A stretch of 63,964 nt of DNA, counting the filler, from Saprolegnia diclina VS20 (Eukaryota): the NCBI RefSeq assembly GCF_000281045.1. It is 6 parts of 2 records of this genome, joined end to end, with 100 filler letters (N's around TTAATTAATTAA, not from the genome) between each part and the next. Parts side by side here need not be neighbours in the genome. Positions count along the whole stretch, not along the records: positions 1 to 22,043 come from NW_008246112.1; positions 22,144 to 37,742 come from NW_008246112.1; 4 more parts are not named here. The stretch is one strand, 5' to 3'. A program made the translations under genes and the position numbers. The notes under the pieces were generated by a model. That model was not told the origin of the DNA, did no database searches, and saw nothing but the letters and a program-made list of their open reading frames with translations. Numbering within the stretch: position 1 is the first letter of the stretch; each line of letters begins with the position of its first letter. Below, in pieces: positions 14,500 to 26,075 of the stretch.

Positions 14500-17400
14500 C
14501 TACTTGGGAATGACGTGGCGCGTGTCCCGCTCATTGTCCGAGAGCACCATGGCGGTCGTATGGCGCAAGTTGGCTTCGTCGACGTACTGGTTGAACGTCG
14601 TTGCGTTCTCCCTGTTTCAAAAAATATCAATTTATCAAGCTTGCAAGTTCACAGAATCTCAAGCAATGTACCGGTAGACGCCGTTGTTGCGGGTCGACGA
14701 CGCCACGCCTTGGTCGAGGACGTCAAGCCAGATCGGCTGCTGGCCCGCAAACGGGTTTGAGAGGCCTTTCGAAATCGCAAACACTTGGCTCATCTTCTGC
14801 TGGAACCGGAGCTTGTACTGCTTGGGCGGCATGGCTGAGATGCCATCCGGGTCCTTGCGCTTGACGTACCGCTTGTAGTAGCGCTCAAACTTCTTCTCAA
14901 ACGTCCATTGCTGCAGAAAGTCGATGATGCCAAACTGGTACAGTGCGGGGCCGTTGACACTGGTCGCCATCTGCGTCGCAAACGCCGACGCCGACTGGAT
15001 CCCGTTGCCATGGGCGCCGCCGACGATACCGGGCTCGACGTAGTACTCGCAGCTCTGGACGCCCATGAGGAGACTGTAGTCCATGATGCCTTGGTCGTAG
15101 AGAAAATCCGAGTCAAAGCAGATCTGGTCGTAGAGCTGCTCGGCCGAGCGCGGGTCGATCCGGACCTTGGTCATGAGGTCGTTGTCCTTCAAGACGATGT
15201 TGGGCTCATGGTAGTTGAGGCCGTCGCCGCACTCTTGCGACTTGGTGCTCCCAAACGTGTAGCGCGCGTTGCAGTAGCGGCACGTGACCTTGCCGCCGAC
15301 TTTGGGCATCGTCGCATTCCGGTCTTCCCAGCTGCCCTTGATGTCGTACCGGTGGTGGATCACTTGCGTATTCGCAAAGAGGTTGCCCATGACGACAAAG
15401 TAGTACATCTTGCCGTACAAAAGCACGGCGTGGCAGCCGTAAAACTTTGTCAGGAGCGAGTGCGGGTGCGACATGAGGTACGTCGCGTACTTGGGCGCCA
15501 TGCGACGCAGCAAGTCGCACTCTTCCCGAGACATGGTCTTGACGATAAAGCTCTCGTCCGACGTGTAAAACATAAAGGCGCCGCTTCGACCCTCGCTGAA
15601 CCGTTCCTATTTATGTAAAATATATGAGTCATTTTTGGTCGATTTTTCAAAATGGAGGAAAAATGGCAGCGACGGGTCGGTGGCGTCCGCCTCGTCAAAC
15701 GAGACGCCGGCTCATCGACCACGGCCCCGCGTTGCCGACAGAATATAGAAGGGACATACCTTGGTCGTAGCCGAAAAGAGGCTTGTGTACTCGTGGTCGC
15801 CGATGCCAAAGGTCTCGCGGATCGCCCGGAACGTCGTCGGCGCATACGACCAAAATTTGATCGCCCTGTTGTGCTATTTCCCATCATTAGAATATAATTT
15901 CAAACGATAAATGGAAAATACCTTGTCGTCAGACGACCCGTCGTTGAGGAGGAACATTTCCGAGGTGTTCGAACCGTTCCCGACTTCGTGCACCGACTGC
16001 TTGATGCCCGACGTTGTGTAGTAGAGGATCTCGGACCGCAGGGCGAGGTTGACTTGGGGACTCAAGTCGACGTCGACGTCGTGGTTGCGCCCCTTCCCAC
16101 GCGTCTTTTGTACGTTGTTGACGGCAAACCAAATGATGTACTCGAGGTACCCCTTGGACGCAATGAGAAACATGAAGAATTGCTTGAGGACCATCGGCGC
16201 CAAGTCGTCTTGATGCGTCGCCGAGTTGGTCACAAAGTACGTCGACATGTAGAGGAAGAGCAGGAAGAGCCAGTAAAACACTAGGGCGCCCGTAAACCTA
16301 GTCATGAGGACTATGAGACAACTTGTCCATCGTTCGAAACACGATAGATACAGAGAAATGTAGTTGAGGACGCGGAGACGGAGGTTGTACGTCTTGGGCA
16401 CACCGCCCGAGTAGAGCCGACGCCACGCAATCAAGAGCACGCTAATAGAGGCCCTTATGAGACATGTCGATATCGAGCGCCGGAGGTACGTACACGAGCG
16501 ACACGATCAAGACAAAGATCACAAAGCCATACAGCAAGATCCACGGCCTAGTAGAAGAGCATGGGCGCCTTGATACATTGATACAAACACATACCAGGTC
16601 TGGATCCGGAAAAATTTAGCACCAACGTCCTCGTCCTTGCCGACCGTCGCCGACTTGTTCGTATTGGGCTCGTCGAGGTTGCGTGACGACGCGAGGCAAA
16701 AGCCAATGAGCTGCTTGGCCGGCGCGGACGTGTTGACGGCGCGGCCGTCGACCTGGAAGAAGCCGCCGGCGTCGAGCCCGTCGTATTTGGCAGCAAAGGT
16801 CACGACGCCCATGACAAGACCTAGCCTCATACATTGGCTCGTGCATCAAGTAAGTAGAGAGCGGCGTACTGGCGATCCAGACAAAAGCGTGGTAAAACTT
16901 CATCGAGCGCTTATAGCTCTTGAACGGGTCGTTGAGCTACGATAAGAAGTTAGCAAATAAAAATATGAGCAAATAAGAAGATAAGAAATATGAAAAAACA
17001 TCGGAAAATGCAGCATAAAATCGAGACACGTACCGACGAGAGGAGGTCGATGGCCATGACAAGGCCCCACGCTTCGGACGAGAAGAAGAAGAACTCGGTC
17101 AAGCCCGCGAGGTTCTTGCACGCTTTGGTCGAGTTGAAATCGCCATTATGAAGCGGGTTCGGGTCGTAGTCGACGTAGACGTTGAGGAGGAGGCAGATCG
17201 CGAGAAAGATGCTGAGGCAGCTGCGCATGTGCACGATCGGGTTTGGGTGCTGGTGCCACTCGCGCTTCTGCGAATAGGTCACGACGACCGCGAGGCCACA
17301 CACGATCGTGTTGACCGAGCCGGCAATGAGGCCGGCCCACCGGTAGTTGTAAAAGGCAAGCGTCAAGCCGAGGCACGCCATTGTCCAGCAGATGCCCATG

Positions 17401-17768
17401 ACCTGGCTCTTCTTGTTCTCCATCCAGTGGATCTTGGCGTTGGTTTGGCCCGTCATGCGCCCGCGGAACTGCTTTTGGAACTCCTTGTCGATCACGTGGA
17501 TGTGCGTACCGGCCATCGTGTTGTTGGACGGCGGCTGGTCGCGCGACGCGGGCGGCGCCATGTACTGCTGCGGGTTGGCTTGGCCCTGCGCGTAGTACGA
17601 GGTCACGTCGCGCAGGCTCGGCGTGAGCTCCTGCATGTGCATGTAGTGGTCCGGCATGCCATACGGGCTCATGTTGTCTTCCATGACCGGCGGTGCATCG
17701 GGCGCCGCCGAGCTCGACGAGATCGTCGTCGTCTGCCCAGGCCCGCGCTTGCTTCGCCGGGACGCCAT
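14500..17768 (-). CDS. GPCR-PIPK: N-terminal multi-TM receptor fused to a phosphatidylinositol phosphate kinase domain (multi-exon)
   Basis: TM exons at 17.8-15.9 kb; PIPK motifs FSEGRSGAFMFYTSDESFIVKT, YDIKGS, LKDND, IMDYSLL, GIIDFLQ. Confidence 0.9.
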
Positions 17769-18501
17769 GCTACGAAGAACTGGCCTTTGCAGCAGATGGG
17801 CTCGACGCTGAATTCCCCGCGACTTGCCACTCACCGCGGGCCCTCACATTTGTATGCAATTTAGTATTGGGAAAGCTTGCGGCCAGTCGGGAAACAAGTA
17901 AAAAAATATTTGCTTTCTATTGGCGACGCGGTGTAATAAAATGGAAACGCGCAAACCTTTCGGTTGGACCAATCGGCGACGACGTGGCGTGTGACACACC
18001 CCACGCCACGCGCGTGTTTCGGTACTTTATAAGCGAATTCCGCCCGCGATGCTACATGTGGCACATGCCGAAAATAAACGCAAAAAGGGCAAACCTCTGT
18101 CACGTCCAACGCATCCGTCGCTTGTAGCGCGTCGTGCGCCGTAGGATTGCTACTTAGCGGTAGCCGTGACGCTCGATACGAACGAGACCGGATTCGACGG
18201 CTGCGCTGCCAAGTGAATTCTTTGGCAAAGGTCTTACTTTGCACATATTTGGCGACCGACGGATCAACCTCGTCAGGCGTAGGTAACTAAGAGCCACCAC
18301 CATTGATGGATGTAGATCCTTGTATGGGCGGACTGGACCCATGGCGGGTAGCCACGGCAGGTGTACCTACGCTCGCGCATCGTGGATACCGCACCTATTT
18401 TACGGTGCTTGTTGACGTCGCTGGCGGCGGGCGGCACTAAATTCGGCATTCACGTGCCGAATGCAAAACACAGATGGAGCCATGTGCCAAGTTCAACGCG
18501 A

Positions 18502-19285
18502 TTACATGACGAGGCCGCCGTCGACGCGAAGACACTGGCCCGTGATGTAGCTCGCGCGGTCGCTCAAGAGGAAGGCGACGAGCTGCGCAACGTCGTCGGG
18601 CGTGCCAAGCCGCCGCAGCGACGTGAGCGCAATCGTCGCAGCCCGGGCATCTTGGGTCATGTGCTCTTGGGTCATGTCGGTGGCAATGAAGCCTGGCTCG
18701 ACGAGGTTGACGCGTATGTTCTTGGGTCCGAGCTCTTTGGCGAGCGTCGTTGTGACGCCAAGAAGGCCGGCCTTGGAGGCTGCGTACGCGGCTTGCCCGA
18801 CGTTGCCTCGCGCGCCGACGACGCTGCCTAGTGTGACAATGCTGCCTACGCAGGACGCAAATCTCAGCCGAACGATCCGACGTGGTAGTCAAACCCGTGC
18901 GCTGCTTCAGCATGCCTTTCGCGACGGCCTTGGCCATGAAGAGCGGGCCAAGAAGGTTTGTCGCGACAAGCGACTGTGCTTGGTCTTCGCGTAGCCGAAG
19001 AAGAAGGCTGTTGTGCGTGATCCCCGCTGCAGTGACAAGGCCCGTGACGGGCACGCCGCCGCTCAACGCATGCAGCGCTTGGAGCGTGGCCTCGGCGCTG
19101 CCCGGTGCGCTGGCTTCGTAGGCGACGCCCAGCACATCCGGCGCGATCGACGCTGCTGCCGCAGCCGCGCGGTCTGCGCAGCGCGATGTGATGGCGACCT
19201 GCCACCCGTCGTGGTGCAGCTGCTGGGCGATCGCGCGGCCAATGCCCCGGCTTCCGCCGGTCACGAGCGCCAGACGTCTGGCCAT
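18502..19285 (-). CDS. Short-chain dehydrogenase, 3-oxoacyl-ACP reductase (FabG/CBR4-like); 1 intron
   Basis: [48 protein letters not shown]. Confidence 0.9.
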
Positions 19286-20032
19286 CGTGTTCTTGTCAAG
19301 CCGCGAGGTGCGCGCAAGTGCGATACGCACTTTACAGATTGGGTGGTACTTGCAGCATGGACATCCGGTAAAGTGCGGATTGGGACAAGGGTGGGGGCAG
19401 CTGGTGCTCGAAACGGCATGCGTTTGCATACAAATCTGCATATATCTGAACGCACCAGCTGGTCGAATAATAATATTTCGCGCTGCGTGCGACAGCGTTA
19501 CCTCGTGCCGTGTCATTTAATATGGTACCACAGAAAATATGCCATCTCGTCCCACAGCTTGAAGAAACGCCCCGTTGCATTCTTCCCTAGGTGTACGCTA
19601 AAATTGCATATTTTGTCCCTATATCTAATATTCGCATTTTAATTTACGATTTTTAAAGTATCCCATAGAAATATAACGGTTCATGTGTCAAACATATAAA
19701 TATAATATGCCGTTTGAACGCTGACCTACTTGGTGGGAGTCGTTTGAAGAGCGCTTGTGCCTATCGATAGAAATGCATATCCGCCATACAAACACCAAGT
19801 ACAAGAGTTGTTTCGGTCGAGATATTTGTTAAACTCGGGATGTGTATACTTGGGAGAGACTGTATATGCAGTTTCGTCGCGGACCTATCTTGCGGAGCAT
19901 TTTTCAGACGTTGGCTTGGCACCTGTGAAACTCGACTTCAACGCGTTGGCCAAAACGCAAGTCGCATCTTCCAGCGTCTACCTCCCATCTCGAGCTCCAT
20001 CTTCCGCGCTTCCGCCTCTTCCTCGCTCCATC

Positions 20033-20542
20033 ATGCCTTACGAGAGCTTTGCCGGCGGTGCTGCCAAGCGCGTCTTTGCCATCCTCAATGTGACCTTGGA
20101 CGTCGACCAAGATGCGTATGTGTACGAGGTCCAGATCTCGATGCCCGTGTACCTCCCCGAGAGCGACGTCAAGTACCACGTCTACTCGGTCCTGCGCCGC
20201 TTCAACGACTTCAAGCGACTCTACGAAGGCGTCGGCGACGTCGACGGGCTCAAGCTGCCCGAGTACGGCCTCTGGAGCGTCCTCCGCGCCGACGACGCAG
20301 CATTCCTCTCGCAGCGCAAGCTCGGGCTCGAGACGATGCTCAAGACGATCGAAGAGAATCCGACCGCGAGTCGATCCGGGGCGTTTGCCGAGTTCCTCGC
20401 GTCGCCGCAGATGAAGCTCAACGGCGACGTGTCCTTCCAGCAGCTCACGACGACCGAGAGCAAGAGTCGGGCCAACTCGGCCGACCGGTCATCGAACGCA
20501 ACGCTTGTCGCTGACGACGAAGCCACGTCGGTCGACCCGTAG
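20033..20542 (+). CDS. PX (phox) domain protein
   Basis: YVYEVQ...YSVLRRFNDFKRLY..LKLPE...FLSQRKLGLETML...FAEFL. Confidence 0.8.
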   Translation: MPYESFAGGAAKRVFAILNVTLDVDQDAYVYEVQISMPVYLPESDVKYHVYSVLRRFNDFKRLYEGVGDVDGLKLPEYGLWSVLRADDAAFLSQRKLGLETMLKTIEENPTASRSGAFAEFLASPQMKLNGDVSFQQLTTTESKSRANSADRSSNATLVADDEATSVDP

Positions 20543-20638
20543 TCCCACGATCTCCCACTCCTTCTCCTCCTCTACCTGACCATGCTGCTAATTTATAACG
20601 ACGACGACGATGAATCCACCATGTTGGTCTTCTCAACC

Positions 20639-22040
20639 TCACTCGGACGACGGACGATGGAGTGACCAGACCGGCGCGTTGAGCCCGAGCGTCTGCCATG
20701 GCTGGTCGTACAGCGCTTGGATCCGGGCCTCAATGCGCTTCTTGGTCCTACATCATCAGGTATGATCCATCATCTGTCTTGTCCAGGAGACCGTACGCTT
20801 CGGTGAGCTGGCGAGGAAGCACCGACTGCACGCGGCCGGTACCATCTCTTGCTTGCAGGACGCCCTCGGCCACGAAGCGCCAGTTGGCGCAGGGCATACC
20901 CCGGTACATGGTCCTACATGATCATGAAGATGACAATGGCTCATGCAGATGGCGCTACCAAGAAGACGACGAGAAGTGTTGTTCGTTGCCTTGAAGCGCC
21001 ATGGCATTGCGGGTCAGAAGCGACTCGAGCATCTTGTCGAGGAAGACATTCGACTGCCGCGCGAGGTATCCGAGATGCGACGTCGTCGTCGGCGTCGGCT
21101 GAAGCGCATGCTGGCGGCAGTGGTCGGTCACAACGTCGCAGAGCGGCCGTGCCAACGCTGGCAACGCCGTCAGCGTCGGCTCGACGGGCGTCTCCGTGTC
21201 AGAGTCGCTGTCCAGATCCAGATCCAGTGGAATCGTACTGGCGTCTTGGTCGAAACTAGAACCACAGCGAGAATAAGCCCGAGGTAGGATGCAAGGCCAG
21301 GCGGACTCTGTGGAGAGCACATTCTTGGGGTTGACGGGCCACACAAACGTCCTATGCATGGTTGACAGCATGAGAAGGTAAGCGAGTGCAGATGCGGTCG
21401 ACTGTACGAAGCAAGCTCGTCCTGTTCTTTGAGCGGCGCGCGTGTCGGTGGGCCCGAGGGTGGGACGCCGTAGTGAATGTGGTTGAGCTCGGGCGCCGAG
21501 ACGTGCGACGCAAGGCAGCGCGCAATGCCCCACGCTCGCTCGACGTCAGTTTGACGGTCGACCAACTAGTTGATTCGGAGGCTTTAGTACAGTAGAGAGA
21601 TGATGGATAAGATCGAGTACCGCTTTTTGCGGTGGCACATTGTCGTCCAAGAGAAAGTCGTCGTGGGTCGCGTTGAGATCGACGGGCAGCGCTGCCTCGA
21701 CGTGGTCCAACGTCGCCGAAGGAAGGTTCTCGACCTCGAGGACCGTGGCGTCAGGGTCGTCGACGTCCAGTAGAGTGGCGTCAGGGTCGTTGACCTCGAG
21801 AAGCGTCGCGTCCGGGTCATCGACCTCGAGCTGCGTAGCGTCAGGGTCCTGCGTCGCGTCAAGCTCTACATCCGACTGTGTTGCGTCGACGTCCAATAGA
21901 GCGGAGGCATCTTCAGCGCTCGAGAGCTCGTCGTCGTCATCGTCATCTGACTGGTTGATATCGTCGGCCGGCGGAATGCATTCGTCGTTGTTCGAGTCGC
22001 AGGCCTACATGTACACGGTAGCAGTAGGAGTCATGGACGA
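20639..22040 (-). CDS. Hypothetical multi-exon protein with acidic 10-aa repeats; 5' end in gap
   Basis: Consecutive minus-strand ORF pieces separated by GT-AG introns; DPDATLLEV repeats. Confidence 0.55.
21731..21860 (-). repeat. 30-bp coding minisatellite, ~4 copies (DPDAT[QLV]L[ED]V[DN])
   Basis: gcgtc(a/c)gggtc recurs with a 30-bp period. Confidence 0.8.
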
Positions 22041-22145
22041 GCANNNNNNNNNNNNNNNNNNNNNNNNNNNNNNNNNNNNNNNNNNNNTTAATTAATTAAN
22101 NNNNNNNNNNNNNNNNNNNNNNNNNNNNNNNNNNNNNNNNNNNTA

Positions 22146-23264
22146 GTGGCGACTGGTCGTAGTGGCAGCGACGGTCCGTCCTCTGGTGCGGTGACGACGC
22201 TCGTGGTCGTGAGCTGCCTCGCGTCGATCCTCGTGCTCGTTGCCATCATCGTGCACCGTCGCAGCCGCCGCGCGAGCGCGCGGTCGCCCGGCATGAGCTC
22301 AGCGCACTCGCCCGACGATTTCTTCTACGATGTCGACGAAGCCTATGTGACGAACCAGACCATGTCCAAGTACAAGACGGCCGGTGCCAACGACGCGACG
22401 CTGACCAAGCTCCCGCCCGAGCACGTGGCCCTCGCGCGCTGCCTCGGTGGGGACATTTGGATGGGCGAAATGACCACGACGAACGCCCGACTCGCGCTTC
22501 GCCGGGCGCCGCGCCTTGCGGGCGACCACATCACCGACAGCTTCTTCCAGGGCGTCAAGGAGATGGCGCGGCTGTCGCACCCGAACCTCGTCGCGTACCT
22601 CGGCGTCACGTGTCTCTCGGGCACGGACATTTACGCGGTCGCCGAGTTCCAGGACAAGGGCAGCCTCGCAAATGTATACCAGACGGTCCCGCTGACGTGG
22701 GACATTCAACTGCGCATGGCGATCGACGTGGCTGAAGCGATTCACTATCTGCACACGCTCTTGCCGTCGCCGGTGCCGTGCGAGCACCTCAAGAGCTCGA
22801 TGGTGCTCGTCGGCGCCAACTACAGCTGCAAACTCAACATCTTTCACTTCATGGCGTCCTTCAAGGCCAGCGTCCTGTGCAAGGAAATGTACGGCGCCAA
22901 CCGCATTGCGTGGAAGGCGCCCGAAGTGCTCATCAACGAATGGAAGAACTTTTTGGCCGCCGACGTCTACTCGCTCGGCGTCGTCCTCGCCGAGATTGGC
23001 ACGACGACGCGGCCGTTCGACAAGGAGATCTCCGAGGTCGGCATGGTGCAGACTGACGTGTGGATCCTCGACAACGTCATGGCCGGGCGCGGCGTGCCGC
23101 CTCCGTTTGACGTCAAGAGCGTCAAGTGGATCAACCTCCCAGAGTCGTTCCAGAAGCTCGTGATTGCGTGCTTGGATCCGGTGCCGAGCCGGCGCCCGAA
23201 CTCGGGCATTGTCCTCCAGCGCCTCAAGGACCTCAAGACCTCGATCCACACAGCCGAGTTGTAA
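22146..23264 (+). CDS. Receptor-like TKL pseudokinase 1 (5' end in gap)
   Basis: TM helix followed by a kinase fold: LSHPNLVAYLG, EFQDKGSL, APE, DVYSLGV, RRP; HRD and DFG absent. Confidence 0.8.
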   Translation: MATGRSGSDGPSSGAVTTLVVVSCLASILVLVAIIVHRRSRRASARSPGMSSAHSPDDFFYDVDEAYVTNQTMSKYKTAGANDATLTKLPPEHVALARCLGGDIWMGEMTTTNARLALRRAPRLAGDHITDSFFQGVKEMARLSHPNLVAYLGVTCLSGTDIYAVAEFQDKGSLANVYQTVPLTWDIQLRMAIDVAEAIHYLHTLLPSPVPCEHLKSSMVLVGANYSCKLNIFHFMASFKASVLCKEMYGANRIAWKAPEVLINEWKNFLAADVYSLGVVLAEIGTTTRPFDKEISEVGMVQTDVWILDNVMAGRGVPPPFDVKSVKWINLPESFQKLVIACLDPVPSRRPNSGIVLQRLKDLKTSIHTAEL

Positions 23265-23950
23265 GTCGTGTGGTAGCTTTGATATTTGAAGAAATCCCGT
23301 GTATGGATGCTTGGTCCAGAAATCGTTGATGCGAGAGCTACATGGCGTGGAACCTGCCACGTGCGAGTGCAGCGCCACCGGCGACGCCCGCTGGCGTAGC
23401 GTACCAGTATGCAACGCCTTGGCCCATGCGATGGCCACGCAACCCTGTTGCATGGATTAAAGGCGTGGATGGTTGGGAGGCTTGGACTGAAGTATGAACG
23501 GCGTCGCCTGTCCAGCCTGTCGACAACTCGCACAGCAGCGATCCTGGCAGCGATCCGTCGTTGGCCGCAAACCATCTGGCCGCGCCGATGCGCTCGGTTG
23601 CTGGATTCGCTGCTGGATAATGCGCGAGGTCGTGCAGAGACGCATGGCCCATCCTCGGCCGCTGTCATCTTCCATGCCCATGTAGCATATGTGTCATGGC
23701 CTATCCTCTGCTTCCTGCCAGGCGCCAATGATGCTCCTGGCCATGGCGGCGGTGTCATGACGTCGGCGTCATGGCCACGGACGTCGGTGGTGCTTGCCGC
23801 GACGACGCGCAGATTTTTTTGAAAATGTTGGAATCCAATACAAATAGCAAGCTATTTTAACGCGTACGCGACATATTCAGCAGAAATATTGCAGGAATTT
23901 CGCGTCGCCTCTGATTGGCTGCGTCGGCGTCGGTGCAAGGATTGTTGTCG

Positions 23951-23969
23951 GCTCATTTTCGATACGCAG
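23951..23969 (+). promoter_or_regulatory. Oomycete Inr-like core promoter element
   Basis: GCTCATTTTCG about 20 bp upstream of ATG 23973, resembling the oomycete TCATTY initiator. Confidence 0.4.
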
Positions 23970-23972
23970 CTC

Positions 23973-25950
23973 ATGACGGCCGCGAGGACGACCGCGCGGG
24001 CGGCCACCGAGTGCTACAACCGCACGGAGCCGGCGGCAAAGCGTCCGACAAGCGTATGGTGCTACGACGATGGCGCCATGACCGTCGACATCCAAGCGGC
24101 CGGCGGAATCGCGATCGACGCATCGTCCTGGGCCGCCATGAACCTCTCCCAGCTCACCATGTACATACTTGTCGCTGGCTTGGATATCGACTTACGCGAT
24201 TGCATTAGCAATGGACATGGACTCTCATGGTCGTTTGAGCCACCGGCCAACCTCACGAACGTGGTGGCCTTGTACGTCGACTCCCCATGTTGCAATGAAG
24301 TGACTTGGCGGCCCTTGTAGGACGCTGAATGGTCTCTCGAATGTCTCGAGCTTCGAATCGCTGCAAGCCCCGATGGCGAGCCTCTTGTACGCTGCTTCAT
24401 GGCTCCAGAAAGGTCGTCTCATGTGCAAGCATGCTATAGCGTCCTCCAGAACTCGACCGTGACGTCCCTCTCGCTGCAGAACTTCACCAAGTTGGCTTAT
24501 GTGTACGCCCACTGCGAATGCTCGCAGCGCATACGCATCCGACTTTTGCGAATAGGAACTTTGTCGACGTGCCTAACCTTGAAGTCGCGACGCCCTTCAA
24601 CGTCTCGGCCCCACCGCGCGCGTAGGTGCTTTTCTGCTGCTTGGCGCGCCACGTATGGATGCTCTAGGTTCATCTCGGACGCCCCGCGCCTCAACACGAC
24701 GCTGTGGCTTCCATCCAACGACAGCAGCAATGACCACGAGCAACCTAAGAATCGAGGCAATGATAACGAGACCGTTTCTCCTGCGACCGCAGCGGCCGAC
24801 GGCAGCACCATGAGCGCGCTTCTCGTCATTGCCATCATCCTCAGCGTCGTCGCCGCCTTTGCGTTTGTCGTCGTCGCCTTTGTGTACCTCCGCCGTCGCC
24901 GCGCTGCGTCGCTGCCTGTCTCCGAGCATGCAATGCCGGCGGCATGCGACCGCCTCTCGACCGCAAGTTCAACAGGGCGCAAGTCGAGCGCGTCGGCACT
25001 GTCGGACCCAAGCCTCTCGGACCCGATGCTGGCGTCGTTTCCGGATTACCTCCGGCTGCCCGCCCCGACGCGCATGGCGCTCGTCAAGCCGAGTCGCAAG
25101 CTGCTCCAAGGCGTGTTTGAGGACCGTGACGTGGTCATCAAGTACGTTTCCAAAGATTCGCCGGACGTCGAGACGTTCTTGTCCGACCTCTGGCACGTCT
25201 CGAACCTCCAGCATGTGAATCTGGTGCTCTTCCTCGGCGTTGCGTCCTTCCCGCGCCTCGACGATGCGTGCGTCGGCGCGGTCGTCGAGTGCATGGAGAA
25301 AGGGTCCTTGGCGACGGTGCTCACGAATCCCAAGATCGTCATCTCGGACGATATCGAGTGGAACATGTGCATGGATGTGGCCACCGCGGTGCAGTTTGTC
25401 CACGGCCGCGGCCGGTCGGTGCCGTGCTTGACAAGCCGCAAGTTCCTCGTCAACGCCGAGATGCAAGTCAAGCTCAACGTGCTGAGTCTGCTCACGTACT
25501 CGGATCTACGCCTCCCGGACGGCCATTCGTTTGGGAGCCAGCGACTGGCGCACAAGGCGCCCGAGGTCCTCCGCGGCGACTGCATGGACGAGTATGCGGC
25601 TGACGTCTACTCGCTCGGGCTGCTGCTGGCCGAAATTTGCACCCGGTCGCGGCCGTTTGCCTCCGAGGTACGACATTTATGGCGGTCGATGCTCGGCGTT
25701 GATCAACTTCTTGTAGCTGCGCGACCGGGGCAGTGTCGGCGTCGATGTCTTCTTGATGGACCGAGCCATGAATGGCACATGCGCACCAGACGTGCTGCCG
25801 TACGACGTGGCGACGCAACTCGGTGCATACCCGGCCGAGCTGCAAGCGCTCTTGCTGCGCTGCTGGGCGTGGGACGCGTGCGACCGGCCATCGATGGACG
25901 AGGTCGTCGCTGTGCTGCAGATCGTCTACGAGGACCGCTACGTCATCTAA
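23973..25950 (+). CDS. Receptor-like TKL pseudokinase 2 (multi-exon)
   Basis: Extracellular exons, TM LLVIAIILSVVAAFAFVVVAFVYL, LQHVNLVLFLG, ECMEKGSL, APE, DVYSLG, DRPSM. Confidence 0.8.
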
Positions 25951-26075
25951 CCCCATACCAACACGGATGCTGCATGTTCCTCTTCTCGTCCATCGTGGAG
26001 CGTACGGTAGGACGCATCGAAGAAACAGCTGGGTTGCCCATCGCGACCAACAAATTTGGCGCACGGCTTCTCGTG

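Noticed and set aside
17861..17880. U4 snRNA-like CTTTCCCAATAC on the minus strand
   Set aside because: No other U4 features; more likely a CCAAT box of the GPCR-PIPK promoter.
22088..22099. TTAATTAATTAA palindromes inside N runs (also ~37787, 58974, 60346, 62067)
   Set aside because: Assembly gap filler giving stops in all frames; not biological.
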